This document shows, in pieces, positions 27,218 through 48,870 of a stretch of DNA of 64,000 nucleotides. A program made the position numbers and the translations under genes. The notes below the pieces were generated by a model. That model saw nothing but the letters and a program-made list of their open reading frames with translations. It made no database searches and had not been told where the DNA came from. The first letter of the stretch is position 1, and each line of letters starts with the position of its first letter. Source of the DNA: Octopus vulgaris (Eukaryota); the NCBI GenBank assembly GCA_951406725.2, contig OX597822.1:14756001-14820000 (forward strand), written 5' to 3'.

Positions 27218-27435
27218 GTTTGTATTGCCCAGTGATTTAGTAAAGCCTTCACGAACAAACGTTTCACACACGCACACACACACACACACGCACACACGCA
27301 CACGTACACGCACACGTACACGCACACGTACATACACAAACACACACATATGTAAATATATATATGTGCATGTACGTATATGCATGTATGCATATATACA
27401 TACATACATACATATATATATATTATATATATATG

Positions 27436-27512
<77 letters not shown>

Positions 27513-27652
27513 GGTGAATGAATTATCCTAGTATGGATAATTCGGTTAACCGATACCTGGGTAGCAAATTCACGTCAGAAAACACGGTTGAAGCTATATG
27601 CCAAGGGCAGGGATCCCGTGTTCTCGTGTGTAAATTTGTGTGTTTTTTTAAC

Positions 27653-27787
27653 TATGAATAAATGAAAGAATGGAGTCGAACGACGATTTTAACAAAATTC
27701 CTTTACTCTCGACATATGTTTCGAAGGCTGCATATTCCTAAAAAGGAATTTTGTTAAAATCGTCGTTCGACTCTATTCTTTCATTTA

Positions 27788-27792
<5 letters not shown>
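27653..27792. repeat. ~52-bp inverted repeat with ~35-nt spacer (Penelope-type inverted end) between (TA)n tracts
   Basis: tatgaataaatgaaagaatggagtcgaacgacg...aattccttt and its reverse complement. The spacer holds GAAAC-ATAT-GTC on the minus strand. Confidence 0.8.
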
Positions 27793-27866
<74 letters not shown>

Positions 27867-28184
27867 ATATTGTTAGAGATAGACACACCCACAACTTAAT
27901 CAACTTCAAACGATATTAACTCAACCAAGTCATAAAATGTTAAGTAATATACTTACTATTCATATTAATAATCCCAAAATTTTCATATTACGAACTACAC
28001 GTGTGTCATGAGGGTACGTATGATAATGTTAAGACACAAAGTCTCTTTCCAAAACTCATTATGTTTACGCACTCCCAATCGTCAGGTCTACTTTTTTCAC
28101 ATTTAGAAATATAACTACTCCTTATATATCACTATGTTTGTCAAAATAATTTACATGTAATTTACTTGTAATTTATTTTCTCTT

Positions 28185-28745
28185 GAATAAGCGTGTTGAG
28201 TCGTTCCATCTGTTGAACATAGAGTTCTGCGTTGACCGTTTGTTTCTGTTCAAGCAATTCGTAATGGATAATCCCTTCCCAGTCCCACCATACGCACAAC
28301 ATCGTTTTACGCGGATGAAGATCTTGTTTCACGCGCGGTGTCGCTTGTTTACCGGGGCTAAGCTATTCCTGACACTGCTTCATATTGATGTACAGGCCCC
28401 ATTTTTCGTCGCCAGTAACGATTCGGTATAGAAATCGTTGCTTGCGTCCATGAGTTGAGCAGTGACGAGCAAGCAAACTAGCGGAAATTGTGGGTCGTTG
28501 TTCTTGCCACTTAAAAGCATGTGGAGCCCATGCTCCATACTTCTGAACCTTTCCCACCGAGTGAAGATGATCCTATATAGAAGTGTGGGAGCATTCCATT
28601 TTCTCTGCCAGTTTCCTTGTCGTTTGACGAGAATGTTCATGCAAAAGTTGGTCTAATCGCTCTTCATCGAACTCAACTGGACGGCCAGAACGAGGTGCGT
28701 CTTTGAGGTCAAAATTTCCATATTTGAACTTGGCATAAACTTTAA
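28185..28745 (-). mobile_element. Mariner transposase fragment
   Basis: DAPRSGRPVEFD, GAWAPH, RIVTGDEKW on the minus strand. Confidence 0.85.
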
Positions 28746-28878
28746 ATGTTATAAACTTTAATTTCAATATAGATGCAAGGCTACTCATCACGGCCACTAA
28801 ATTAAGATTATTAGAAGCCTTGGATTAACTTAGTAACTACTTCTTAATTTCTGTTTGTTTTTATATCTTCTGTAACAG

Positions 28879-29982
28879 GAAGTGGTTCTTCATTTCTCAG
28901 TCTATCAGCAAATGCTGGATTAGCAGCTTATTTCGGTGAAGACAGTCGTAAATTAATTGCATTTGCTGCGGTCGGGAAAGCTCTTGGATATATAATTTTC
29001 CCAATCCTTACCAATTACTTCATTGAACTCATGTTCTGGCGTGGAAGTCTTCTTCTCCTGGCTGCTACTTTCATACAAACTCTGCCATGTGCTCTCATGT
29101 ATTCTACGGATATGTATAAAAACACGCGGAGAGAAACTTTGGCAGTAAGTGAAAGTAACGCGCCGAATGATTTGTATAAGTCGGATTCAAACGTTTCTGT
29201 GGAACAATTTCAAAATGTTGGTGACGTTCAGGATGAAACGATATCGAACAAACTGGAAATATCTGAAGTGAATAATACAGCCTTGAATCATAACGAAGAC
29301 ATCAATACACATGAAAAATATATTCGTGAGGCTGTTATTAAGACCTTAAAATATGACAACGAACCATTTGTTATAAATAATACACAACCTGACAAAGAAG
29401 ATTCTTTGGGTATCGAAGAGACAGCTATAAATTCTATAAAATCTGAGGACAAGGAGACTGATGTTCGAAGTGATAAGGTTCAAACGGAAGGAAAATCTGA
29501 TTCGAAATTTTCTGCAAAAATCGTTACAGTTTTAACAAATTTCAATTTTCTTTTATTCCTTTTCGCAATTTTTATAACTTACAGTAGTGTCATAACAACA
29601 ATAGCTATCCTACCTGATTATTGCGTACAACAAGGGCTGAGTCAAGCAGAAAGTGCCCGTATATTTTCAGTGGGATCGTTCGGTTATGTCTTGGCATGTT
29701 TCTTCTCGATTTGGTTGATACATAAAAACATTGTTCCAAGTAGGATTATATTTAGTACTGCAGCCACCATGAGCGGATTACTGATCTGTGTTTATCCCTC
29801 TTTGTCCACTTCAACATATTTGACTTTGCTAACATTTGCTGTGATGTTCACAAATGGACTCATATTCTCTACATATCTTGTAACTATTATGGATTACTTC
29901 GAAATCGGATATTTTTCGATAAGTATGGGATTTGGAGAAACCGTAATTGGAATCGGCATTTTAACTTTTGGATATCTGATAG
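28879..29982 (+). CDS. SLC16-like copy 2, large exon
   Basis: gtaacag|G acceptor, G|gtaaat donor. 1104 nt and open, same length as the copy 1 exon. Confidence 0.93.
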
Positions 29983-30054
29983 GTAAATATGTAACATTTT
30001 TCTTATCCATATTTCAAAATATACTAAGTTACAACCGTTGTGATTACATATGTA

Positions 30055-30981
30055 TTGGTTCATCCAAGAAATAAGGCGGTCTTTTTTATAGTTCTTTTAC
30101 TATTAAAATTAAGATAAAGAAAGTTCTTTTTTTTTTTAATCTAAAAGATACTCACCTTCATTTTCTACAATGCTCTTTCATCTACCTGGAAGATTGGAAG
30201 GGCCCTCTTCCAAAATTCAATTGTCCATGACAAAATAATACTCCTCCAGTACTGTTCTGACCTCGTCTACAAAACTCATATTTTTCCGTCCAAATGATTT
30301 TGAAGAATGCGGAATAAATGGTAATCAGGTGAGGCAATGTCCGGCGAATATGATGGGTGGGGCATCGCTTCCTATTCAAACTGCTCCAGCCTTTGGGATA
30401 CCATTATCGCTTTATGTCGCCGAGCATTATTCTGATGGAAGAATACCTTTCGTCTTGAAACCAAGAATGGACATTTCCCGATGGCATACAGGTGTCGATG
30501 AATGGTTAAACGACCAAATTCAAGCTTCCCTGCTAGTTCCACAACAGTTACGATGGGATTTTATTCCACCAGGGTTTTCAGGACATCCTCGTTGAGCTCT
30601 ACAGATCTTTTAGGACGAGACTCGTCTTCTAGGCTATAGTTCCGGCTCAGAATTTCTGGAACCACCGTTGACACTGGCTTACGTTTTTGTCCGATCCCCA
30701 TAGACTGCATGAATATTCCTCACACTTTCCGTTGCGTTGTTGTCTTTATTGAACTCATAAATCAAAATATGCCGAATATGCTCCTTTGTCAATTCCATTA
30801 CAGCTTTGGAAAAATAACTGTTAAAATCGATCTACACTCTTCAAAACATGCACTAAAAATAAGCACAAGCTAAAATTACTACCTGCTTTTATAGCAAGTT
30901 GATGCAGGTTGTTAATCCTGTCCCCATCCGACTTTTAGTTCATGCAATTGAAAAAACCGCTTTATTAATGGGATGACCCAA
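30055..30981 (-). mobile_element. Internally deleted mariner, present in the copy 2 intron only
   Basis: Diverged TIRs ttggttcatccaagaaataaggcgg / ccgctttattaatgggatgacccaa flanked by TA. Minus strand MELTKEHIRHILIYEFNK. Absent at the paralogous site near 4050. Confidence 0.85.
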
Positions 30982-32622
30982 TACTTATCATGTATGTGTT
31001 GAAGGATGAGAAGGAGAGAAAGAAAAGAAATTACAATTTATTCAGCACAGTTGTCATAAATGTTTCTCCTCTCCTCATACACAGAAGGAGGAGTACAATT
31101 ACTCAGATAAATAGAGAGAAAGGGAGAGAGAGACAGAGACAGACAGACAGAGATGAAGAGAACGATAGAAACGTTTACACGTTGGTTGTCAAATAAGTCA
31201 GCATCGAATTAGCGATGCCAAATAGGTGGTGCTAAAACGGCTGTGCCAAAACGTCTCATTCCCGTATGAATGTTGCTGAAGTAATCCCCGGTCAGCAATT
31301 ATAGTATTTTATAGAGAAACATTTGAATCGAATGAAATATAAGAAATAACGTTTTTGTAGATAAACGATTTTCGTTAATCAGTGTAAAAACCTACAAACC
31401 GGTCATATCTTCACAATTCTTATGACTTAACTCTAACAATTTATGAGAATATATATTCTACAAGAGATTCTTCAAGTTTCCATGGAGATAAAGATATTTT
31501 TCATTCCTGCATAGTATGACTGAATGGCTCAGAATTTTGCTTTATAATCACGAGATCTCGTGTTTTAGCACACGCTGTAGCATGTGGGCAATTTTTCTTT
31601 TACGTTCAGACAATTTCATGCCGTCTTTCATAGTATAGCAATGAAGTTTGTTCTATAATTACAAGATCTCGGGTTCAAACCAAGCCCATTGCATGGCATT
31701 TCAGGCCTTTTTACTGAAGCCTCCAGTCGACCAAGGATCGTGTGTGGAATTAGATATATAGAACTGTGCGGAAGCCCGTTCAGTGGTAGATTGTAACTGT
31801 AATTCAAATGTCCATCCTTGCCACATGCATTATCATGTGGAATCTGCCGAAAGAATAATTTAAGAGCACACGGGTCTGCGGTGCATTCAACCACTTCACA
31901 CTTTAATACAATGAAAGAGCAGTTTAATCGACTGAGCAATTGACAGCTCATCGCCGAAACCAACGCGTTCCATTGTGTGTGTGTGTGTGTGTGTGAGTGT
32001 GCGTGCGTGTGTGTGTTTGTGACAATTATATATATATATTAATGTGAACGTGCGTGGCCTAGTGGTTAGGCTATGACACACTCACGATCACAAGAGCTTG
32101 GTTTCGATTCTCGATCCAGATGTTTCGTTAGTGATCAACACAATTTATTTCTCGCTGCTCCAATCAACTCACCTGTAAATGTAGCAACACTGGGATGGAT
32201 TGGCGTTCCGCCACGTGGGGTGGGCAGATGTTGTGCTCTCGATCATTTCTGAACCTCGGAAACCGGTTCACGGGCCCTATGAATACGAACACACGAGACA
32301 GTGCTTAACATAGATATTAGTTTGAAAGTTTGACACAAGGCCAGCGAGTACAGGGGAAGGGTAAATCGATTACATTGACCCCCCATTGCTGAACGGGTAC
32401 TTATTTTATCGACCTCCAAAAGGTGAAAGGCAAAATCGACCTCGGTGGTTGGTGAACACAGAATGTAAAGACGAACTAAATACCGCTAAGCATTTTGTCC
32501 GGCGCTTGACGCCTTACCTTAGATGTTAATGATTAGAAATAAATTTGATTTATTTATTTATTGAATATTCAAATCTGGTGACTCGTCTTTAATGTTGCTC
32601 TTCTTGTTCTTGTTGTTTGCAG

Positions 32623-32783
32623 GAATCTTCTCAGAATACATGAACACTTACGAATACAGCTACTATGTGATCGGGATCGGACCAATTCTTTCGGTTCAAC
32701 CCATTTTAATTCCGTTCTTATTTAGCAAACTACTAACTAGGCAAACACTCACATATTCTGTGATTAATATTGGTAATAAATGA
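32623..32783 (+). CDS. SLC16-like copy 2, terminal coding exon
   Basis: tttgcag|G acceptor; near-identical to 5654-5814; stop TGA at 32781-83. Confidence 0.9.
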
Positions 32784-32879
32784 TGAAGAATGGCCACATT
32801 CCAAAGAACGATATTTCAAAACCATTTAAAAAGAACTTTGTTTTTATTTCCTTCCAGAAGATGATAATGAAACTGATAA

Positions 32880-32920
<41 letters not shown>

Positions 32921-32991
32921 TTGTGACTAATGATGATGATGATGATAATAATAATAAAAATAACAACAATAATAATAATAATAATAATACT

Positions 32992-33038
<47 letters not shown>

Positions 33039-33048
33039 TAATAATGAT

Positions 33049-33122
<74 letters not shown>

Positions 33123-33568
33123 GGATGATGATGATAATGATAATAATAATAATACAAAAGATCAGCTTTAAAAAACTTTAATATCTACATCTTCTGTGAA
33201 TACACTTCCTTTCCTTTCTCCCTGAGTATTCGAAAATATAAGCATCCTTCTTATTCTAAGAACACTACAGTTTTTTTTTCTGTTCGGAGAAGCAAAAGAT
33301 CATCTTTATTGAATTTTAAAACTTTAATATCTACAATTTTGTGTTGAGATTTTATCTTTCTTTTGTCACTAACTGTCCGAATATTTAAAGGTGCCTTTTA
33401 TTGTAACAACTCAATTAAATGCACGATAAAGAAAAAAAATTATGGAGGTCAGCACCTGCCAATGCATACAAACTGCACAATTACAAAAACTGTAAACCAC
33501 ACAAAATTTATAAAAAGAGAAGAAAAATTTCAAAGAAAAAATTCAGAAATTCAAAAGTTCAACGAGGG

Positions 33569-33653
<85 letters not shown>

Positions 33654-33834
33654 ATTTTTCTATCAGTAATTAGTATAAGAACAAGGTGAATTGGTTCTTT
33701 TCAAAGCCAGGTCTAGCGCTCTCATTAATCGCTAGTAGTAATAAAAGCTGACCCAAGGGTGTGAGGCCGCTTTTGTGTCATTATCGCACAGGAATGCTCA
33801 TTCTTTTCTAGTTTAGGCACAAGGCCTGAAATTT

Positions 33835-34546
33835 TGTGAATAACAGTGGTAATGAAACTGAAGCCCTTGATGGTGACAGTGTTACACCCGGCAGGCTCAG
33901 AGATATTGGTCCGACTCCAGCCTGTCGTTATCTAGCAAGCGACCAGCATACACTGCGTAGATGGAACAAACAAAACAATGCTGTGATCATAGAGTGTTAC
34001 AACCTGAACAATCCTGTAGACGAAAATGGTGCTCTTACTAGGGGATACCGACAACGTATGTATGATCAATGGAGAGAAAGTGGATTGTTCCAACTCACGG
34101 AACAGATATTATATGATCAAACTAGAACAATAAGAAAAAAATCGTTAGTTCACAGAAATAGAGCTCGAAGCTATCAAAAACGGGTATTGGAAAACAGCAA
34201 CAGAGGAAACGATGCAGTTCTTACTGATAAAAGTAATCTCACAGCAGAAAACGGAGGTGAAATCTCTAATAAACAACGGGAAAGGAACAGTGATAGCTCG
34301 CTTGATGAAAGACATATAAATTGTTTGGAAGAAGACAATAAAACTAATGGTGAAATGACAGATGGAGGAAAGGCAATCAACGACAGAATAAAGGCAAGAA
34401 CAATAGCGACATTATTTTCAATCTTGAAACACGTTTATATTTATATAACTTGTATCTCTAGAAAAATAAGGGGTGTTACCTTAGTTCACTGGTAGTGAAC
34501 AGCTGGCACCGTAGTACATCGCCAGCGTTAGAAGTTGTGCAAAGGC
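33835..34546 (+). mobile_element. Internally deleted R4/Dong-type element: N-terminal ORF region joined to the family D 3' UTR
   Basis: RWNKQNNAVIIECY...GYRQRMYDQW...TEQILYDQTRTIRK. 3' end gttaccttagttcactggtagtgaacag...gtgcaaaggc matches 12547-12618. Confidence 0.75.
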
Positions 34547-42299
<7,753 letters not shown>

Positions 42300-42718
42300 T
42301 AGAGAAATTAAGGCCAACAGACCAGATATAGTTGTCAGAGATCATGAAGAAAAAAATGCTTTTTAATTGATGTATCAATACCGGCAGATGACAACGTGTC
42401 TCTAAAAGAAATGGAGAAACTCTCAAAATACAAAGACCTGGAAATAGAGGTAACTAGAATGTGGAATCTGAAAACAGAAACAATTCCTATCATAGTAGGT
42501 GCATTAGGCATGATAAAAAATTATTCAGACAAATACATAACAAAAACACCAGGACTTACAAACACATATAACATACAGAAAATTGCACTACTAGGCACTG
42601 CCCACATCCTACGCAGAACACTTTCCATACAATAACCATCAGAGCATCACAACAAATCACAGCACATACCCAAGGCACACAAAGCTGCGCTCGGTAGTGA
42701 AGTGAAAGCACGCTATAA
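42300..42718 (+). mobile_element. Family E R4/Dong-type LINE 3' end
   Basis: Closely matches 13725-14140 (REIKANRPDIVV...HILRRTLSIQ). Confidence 0.9.
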
Positions 42719-42818
42719 NNNNNNNNNNNNNNNNNNNNNNNNNNNNNNNNNNNNNNNNNNNNNNNNNNNNNNNNNNNNNNNNNNNNNNNNNNNNNNNNNN
42801 NNNNNNNNNNNNNNNNNN
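42719..42818. other. Assembly gap (100 N)
   Basis: Run of N. Confidence 1.
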
Positions 42819-43684
42819 GCCCTACTATGTGATATTAAATTTGTAAACTTTATATTATAAATATTGTACACACTATATTGTAAATACTAAAACGTTTTAA
42901 GCTACCACACTCTATATGTTTGTCTGTATTTGTATGTTCCCTCTATGTAACGCCTTAATAGCGAATTTTCATGAAATAAAGTAGCTTGCTTAACAACCGC
43001 ATGATTCCGGGTTCAGTCTTACTGCGTGGCACCTTGGGCAAGTGTCTTCTACTATAGCCTCGGGCCGACCAAAGCCTTCTAAGGGGATTTGGTGGAGGGA
43101 AACTGAAAGAAGCCCGTCGTATATATGTATATATATGTATGTTTGTGTATTTGTTGGTGTGTCTGTGCTTGTCTCTCCAGCATCGCTTGACAACCGATGC
43201 TGGTGTGTTTATGTCCCCGTAACTTAGCGGTTCGGCGAAAAGCGCCCGATATAATAAGTACTAGGCTTACCAAGAATAAGTCCTGGGGTGCTCCCTCATG
43301 GCCGTAGTCAAATGACTGAAACAAGTAAAAAAGAAAAAAGAAAAAGGCTACGAAATAAGTACTGAAGTCGATTTGTTCAACTAAACAGATCAAGGCAATG
43401 CTCCAGCATGGTCGCAGTCCAATGAGTGAAACAAGTATTAACAAGACTCAATAATCAATAGTTATGTCTGTGTGAATATATTTCATGGAATGCACATGAA
43501 GAGACGCCATGGGAAAAGGTCGTGGAACAGCGTGAAGTAACTGCCTTTGTGGTAATCAAGGGGAACTACTCTTATTTATTCTCGTATAATAACCTCCCTT
43601 TAATATCTCTGTCTATCTTTGAATGAATGTAAAGGGAGAATTAATTTTGAAGTACACACATACACACGCACACACATACACACG

Positions 43685-43731
<47 letters not shown>

Positions 43732-44647
43732 ACACACGCACACGCATGCACACGCACGCACACACACACACACACACTCACACACACACGCACACGCATG
43801 CACACGCACGCACACACACACACGCACACGCACGCACACACACACGCAAACACACACACACACATACGCGCACACATACACACATGCACACACACACACA
43901 TACACATATGCACACACAAACACTCACACACACGTATAAATACGTTCATGAAATATTTTAATTTTAGCATATATTTATTCGGTCAACGTTTATATTCGAC
44001 GGCGAGGATTAATCCACCTGCATATATCTAATGAAATGAAAAATTAGCAAAACTAAAGTATAAAATTATTATTGAACTAATTATTTTCATTAAATGATGA
44101 AAAGAAAATCGTGTTTTATTTAATTAATCTCTTTAATTATGGTCAGGCACAAGTAATTGACGGTTGAACTCAATAGCGATAACACCTGGATTTTCATGAA
44201 ATAAAGTAGCTTGTTTAACAACCGCATGATTCCGGGTTCAGTCTCACTGCGTGGCACCTTGGGCAAGTGTCTTCTACTATAGCCTCGGACCGACCAAAGT
44301 GGAAAGACCAACACGAATATAACAGAGTGCACAAATGAGAAGGAGACGAAGAGGAAACCGGAAAGAAGACGGAAGCAAATTGCAATACAGACATTCATTA
44401 TACATACGTACGCACGCACGCACACACACGCACACACACACACACACACACACGCGCGCGCGCACACACACAGACACACACACACATACACACACACACA
44501 CGCGCGCACAAACACACACACACACACAATCCAATGAAAAGAAGACAAAGAAAATTCTTGAACACATCTTTAATTATAAGTTACAAATGTTTCCGTACTA
44601 TCTCCATTGGCAACGCCAGTTTACACGAAAATTCTAAAAGAAAAATT

Positions 44648-44821
44648 ACGGCGCAGGAGTGGCTGTGTGGTAAGTAGCTTGCTTACCAACCACATGGTTC
44701 CGGGTTCAGTCCCACTGCGTGGCACCTTGGTCAGGTGTCTTGTACCATAGCCTCGGGTCGACCAAAGCCTTGTCAGTAGATTCGGTAGAGGACACTAATG
44801 CATATGTGTGTATATGTATGT

Positions 44822-44883
<62 letters not shown>

Positions 44884-45070
44884 TTGTGTGTCTGTGTTTG
44901 TCCCCCAACATCAATGTTTAATGTTTAGGTCCCCGTAACTTAGCTGTTCGGCAAAACAGACCGATAGAATAAGTACTAGGCTTACAAAAAAATAAGGCCT
45001 GGGGTCGATTTGCTCGACTAAAGGCAGTGCTCCAGCATGGCCGCAGTTAAATGACTGACACAAGTAAAAA
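44648..45070 (+). mobile_element. tRNA-derived SINE(s) of the most abundant family (other copies ~24167, 25704, 42980, 44205; minus ~4980, 31630, 54560, 62270)
   Basis: ggcgcaggagtggctgtgtggtaag...gggttcagtcccactgcgtggcaccttgg, with A/B box-like motifs; recurs throughout the window. Confidence 0.8.
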
Positions 45071-45294
45071 AGTAAAAGAGTAATATTTGCCGTTTTAAGC
45101 ATTGCAGAAGCTCTTCGGCAGACTTGAATGAAAGTGGTGCTCTGCCATTGTGCGCCTATTAGAACTTGGTGCTCTGGGAAAAAATTAAAACTGTGCATGC
45201 AAGATGGGACTGTGGGTTGGGGGAATCAAAAGGAAGGATATGTATAATGATAGGAGGGAGAAAAGAGAAGGAGGATTTAAATATGTATATATAT

Positions 45295-45340
<46 letters not shown>

Positions 45341-45343
45341 ATG

Positions 45344-45384
<41 letters not shown>

Positions 45385-45445
45385 AGAGAGAGAGCGAGAG
45401 CGAGATATACAGAGACAGAGTCAAAGAGAGAAAGATGGATAGATA

Positions 45446-45547
<102 letters not shown>

Positions 45548-45599
45548 AAGTCTAGTACCTATGGTGTATAACTATGAGCTCCTATTACTTTGATATAAG

Positions 45600-45785
45600 T
45601 TTAGAACTTATTGATCAGCCTGGAACTTAGTGTTTAGCCTGAGAATTATTGTCCAGTCTGAGACTTATTGTAAAGTCTAGGACTTATCGTTCGGCCTAGA
45701 GCTTATTGTTCAGCCTAGGACTTATTGTTCAGACTGGTACGTATTGTTCAGGCTTGGACTCATTGATCAGCCTGGGGCTTATTTT
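45600..45785. repeat. 19-bp minisatellite, about 10 degenerate units (acttattgttcagcctagg)
   Basis: Periodic ttattgttcagcct-like core. Confidence 0.8.
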
Positions 45786-46066
45786 ACGTTTCTTAGGCTG
45801 TTTGACCAGCGGTGTTGGGGGACAAAGAGAGACACACACACGACCACCCACACCAACACAGATACATGCGATGTATTTCCATAGAATTTCCGTCTTCCAA
45901 AATTACTCCCAAGGCATAAATCGACACATGGCTATAGTGGAAGACAGTTGCCCAAGATGCCGTACAGCGAGACTGAATAGAAAATGACTGGTTGACTGAA
46001 ACCTTGAGGGATGGTCATGGGTATAGATTATGCAAAAAAGCTGTTGAAGATTTACAAATAACCTTA

Positions 46067-46199
46067 TCTGTATATATATAAACGGCAAAATGTCTGTGTG
46101 TGGGTATCCTTTATACAAATCCACAATTTTTCAGTTAGAGGGCTCGCACTTTCTATGGTCATTCAAAACCGTCCAAGGGTGGTCGTGCACATCTTTACA
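46067..46199 (+). mobile_element. 5' fragment of a non-autonomous Helitron
   Basis: Identical to 47528-47660. Confidence 0.7.
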
Positions 46200-46317
46200 G
46201 TTTACACTCTCACCTGATCGAGTTGAGATATTTCAAGGGAAAGAATTTGTATTGTAACGGTTATGAGTTATCTCCCCTGAAAATCAGGCTCTTGTTACGT
46301 CGTTTAAAAGCATCTTG

Positions 46318-46395
<78 letters not shown>

Positions 46396-46470
46396 AAGCT
46401 ATCTATCTATCTGTCTGTCTGTCTGTGTGTGTGTGTGTCTGTCTGTGTGTGTGTCTGTCTGTGTGTCTGT

Positions 46471-46502
<32 letters not shown>

Positions 46503-46509
46503 CTGTCTG

Positions 46510-46564
<55 letters not shown>

Positions 46565-46568
46565 GTCC

Positions 46569-46600
<32 letters not shown>

Positions 46601-47170
46601 AGTCTCTGCCTGTCTGCCTGTCTGTCTCTGTGTCTCTCTGTGAGGATCAGATTTTCATTAAAGCATGTTTTATTAAATACACGCCAATGTTAAAAGTTTT
46701 CTATGTTCTTATTTTAGACTTTTTATATTTTCTTATTTGTTTTAGCTGCTTCTTGTGTCCATTTTGCTCTTTCATTCCACCATTCCTATTTGGTTTTCCT
46801 TAGAGCAGTCTGCACTTTCGTTTTCAGGGTTTGGACCATATCTTTCCTCAGTTTATGGTCGACCTTTTCGAAGCTTTGAGATGAAACGCAATCAGGGGAA
46901 CGAACGGAAAAGATAAATATGTAAAAATAGATAAACAAATAAATAGCATTAAATAAAACAGAAAAGAAAATGAGAGAGAAAAAGTGAAAATGCACCCAGA
47001 ATTCAGTGGAACGGGTGGGTAAATGAATAAAAGAAAGTGAAACAAATTCTATTTCAGTTCCATGAAACACGGAGTAAACAGTTTATTGGTGAGATAATTA
47101 ATTAGTAAGTTACTTAAACTCTTTGTATCGAAAGCGGGATTGTTAGTAATTAATTTAACAACGTAAATGA

Positions 47171-47395
47171 AGGCGGTGAGTTGGCAGAATCGTTAGCCCT
47201 CCGGACTTGCCGTTTAGCGGCATTTCGTCCGTCTTTAGGTTCTTGGTTTAAATTCTGCGGAGGTCAGTTTTGCTTTTCATCCTTTCGGAGTTGATAAAAT
47301 AAAATACCAGTTGAACACGAGGGGCGATAAAGTCAATTTATGCACCCCGACCCGCGCACACTCTACTGCTGGGCTTGTGTCAAAATGGGAAACCA
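47171..47395 (+). mobile_element. Second abundant SINE family (other copies ~55910, 56760; minus ~5170-5550, 32330-32520, 55350-55540)
   Basis: aggcggtgagttggcagaatcgttag...ttttcatcctttcggagttgataaaat recurs. Confidence 0.7.
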
Positions 47396-47527
47396 TAATT
47401 ATGGAAGCATTGAAAATACAGTGTCGTTAGTGCGTCGAGCAAAATATTCAGCTGTGTCGTAATTGAATGACCGACCACGCATCTAAGATTTTGAACATTT
47501 TCTCCAAACTGTAACACCAATTCCTTA

Positions 47528-47892
47528 TCTGTATATATATAAACGGCAAAATGTCTGTGTGTGGGTATCCTTTATACAAATCCACAATTTTTCAGTTAGA
47601 GGGCTCGCACTTTCTATGGTCATTCAAAACCGTCCAAGGGTGGTCGTGCACATCTTTACATTTCTCCAGTCACCCCGCAAAGCCATGAAAAATCAATAGA
47701 AGTGACTTGTTTGTGAATTTTCTATCCAAAACCCAAACAAAATGCCCGAAACTTGATACGCCAATTAAATGCCAGCAAGCTGTATGTGATTGGTCGGAGA
47801 TTTGGACAGTACTCGCGTGTATGTGTGCACGCACGCAGCTTTATATGCATGCACTAGCACTATGACCCGACGTTGCCGGGTTATAGTGCTAG
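47528..47892 (+). mobile_element. Non-autonomous Helitron (365 bp)
   Basis: A|TC start, subterminal hairpin cccg-acgttgc-cggg, CTAG|T end, no TSD. Confidence 0.8.
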
Positions 47893-48571
47893 TCCAATAT
47901 ATATCTCTCCACTGTACTCGAAGCACCAACGTTTTCGCCACGTTGAATATAACGAAATACATTTAACATTGAAGGTCATAGAAAACATTGGAGGGATGTG
48001 TCATCTGGGCCCATTACTCATGATGGAATAGGTTTATGATCAACGACATTTTATCTCTGACCATCCAATATTGTACTTCAGGCATTAGTCACCGAGTTAC
48101 GTATCACCCAATGTGTCCATGCCGAGCAATCCGTTATCAAGCAATCCTATGATCTGTGATATTCCAGCAATGTCCAATCCAAATTTCTATTTCTGACCTC
48201 ATTTACCCAGGAATATATTATGCAATGTGTGCATGGTTTCTTGAAGATGTTAGTGTATGATTTCAAGAAGTTTGAAAGTTCTTTATGTATCTATTTAGAC
48301 GATATTTACTTCAGACAATATTACAAACGCGTGCCCTCTTTTTTCGTTTCCGGAAAATGATCATGTGTAAATCAAGAGAAAGATTTGGCTGTTATTTATG
48401 GGAAGAGAAACGGCAAGTGTCCTTGTTAAGCCGAATATCAGTCTGAGGATATGGCAGAGAAACTTGGCCCCTGGTAACACGCAGTAGTATTGAACTTGAA
48501 TCTTTCTGCTATGAAGTGACCTGCTTAATTACAGGACCCTGCTGGTGCCACGCGCTCGCACTTCTGTGGAT

Positions 48572-48870
48572 TTTTTGCTCCTTCTCAAGCCATATCTGGC
48601 TGATTGGGCCGGTTTCCCGGTTTCCTTGGCGTATAGGTTCCCCGCCTTGACGGGACGCTAGTCCGTCGCAGGTGAGCTGCAAGATGCAGGAGGAAAGAGT
48701 GAGAGAAGGTTGTGGCGAAAGAGTCAGCAGAAGTTCGCCATTACCTTCTGACGGAGTCGCGTGGAACTTAGGTGTTTCGCTCATAAACACACATCGTCCG
48801 GTATGAGATTCGAACCTGCGATCCCTCGATCGTGAGTCCGCTGCTCTAACCACTAGGCCATGTGCTTTCA
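48572..48870 (-). mobile_element. tRNA-derived SINE with 13-bp target-site duplication
   Basis: cacttctgtggat at 48559-48571 and 48871-48883; head tggcctagtggttagagc...ggttcgaatc on the minus strand. Confidence 0.85.

Noticed and set aside
42966-44298. Two SINE fragments sharing the same 5' flank (ttttcatgaaataa)
   Set aside because: Small local duplication beside a gap; no evidence of function.
45600-45785. Possible repeat-spacer array
   Set aside because: Contiguous 19-bp tandem units with no unique spacers.
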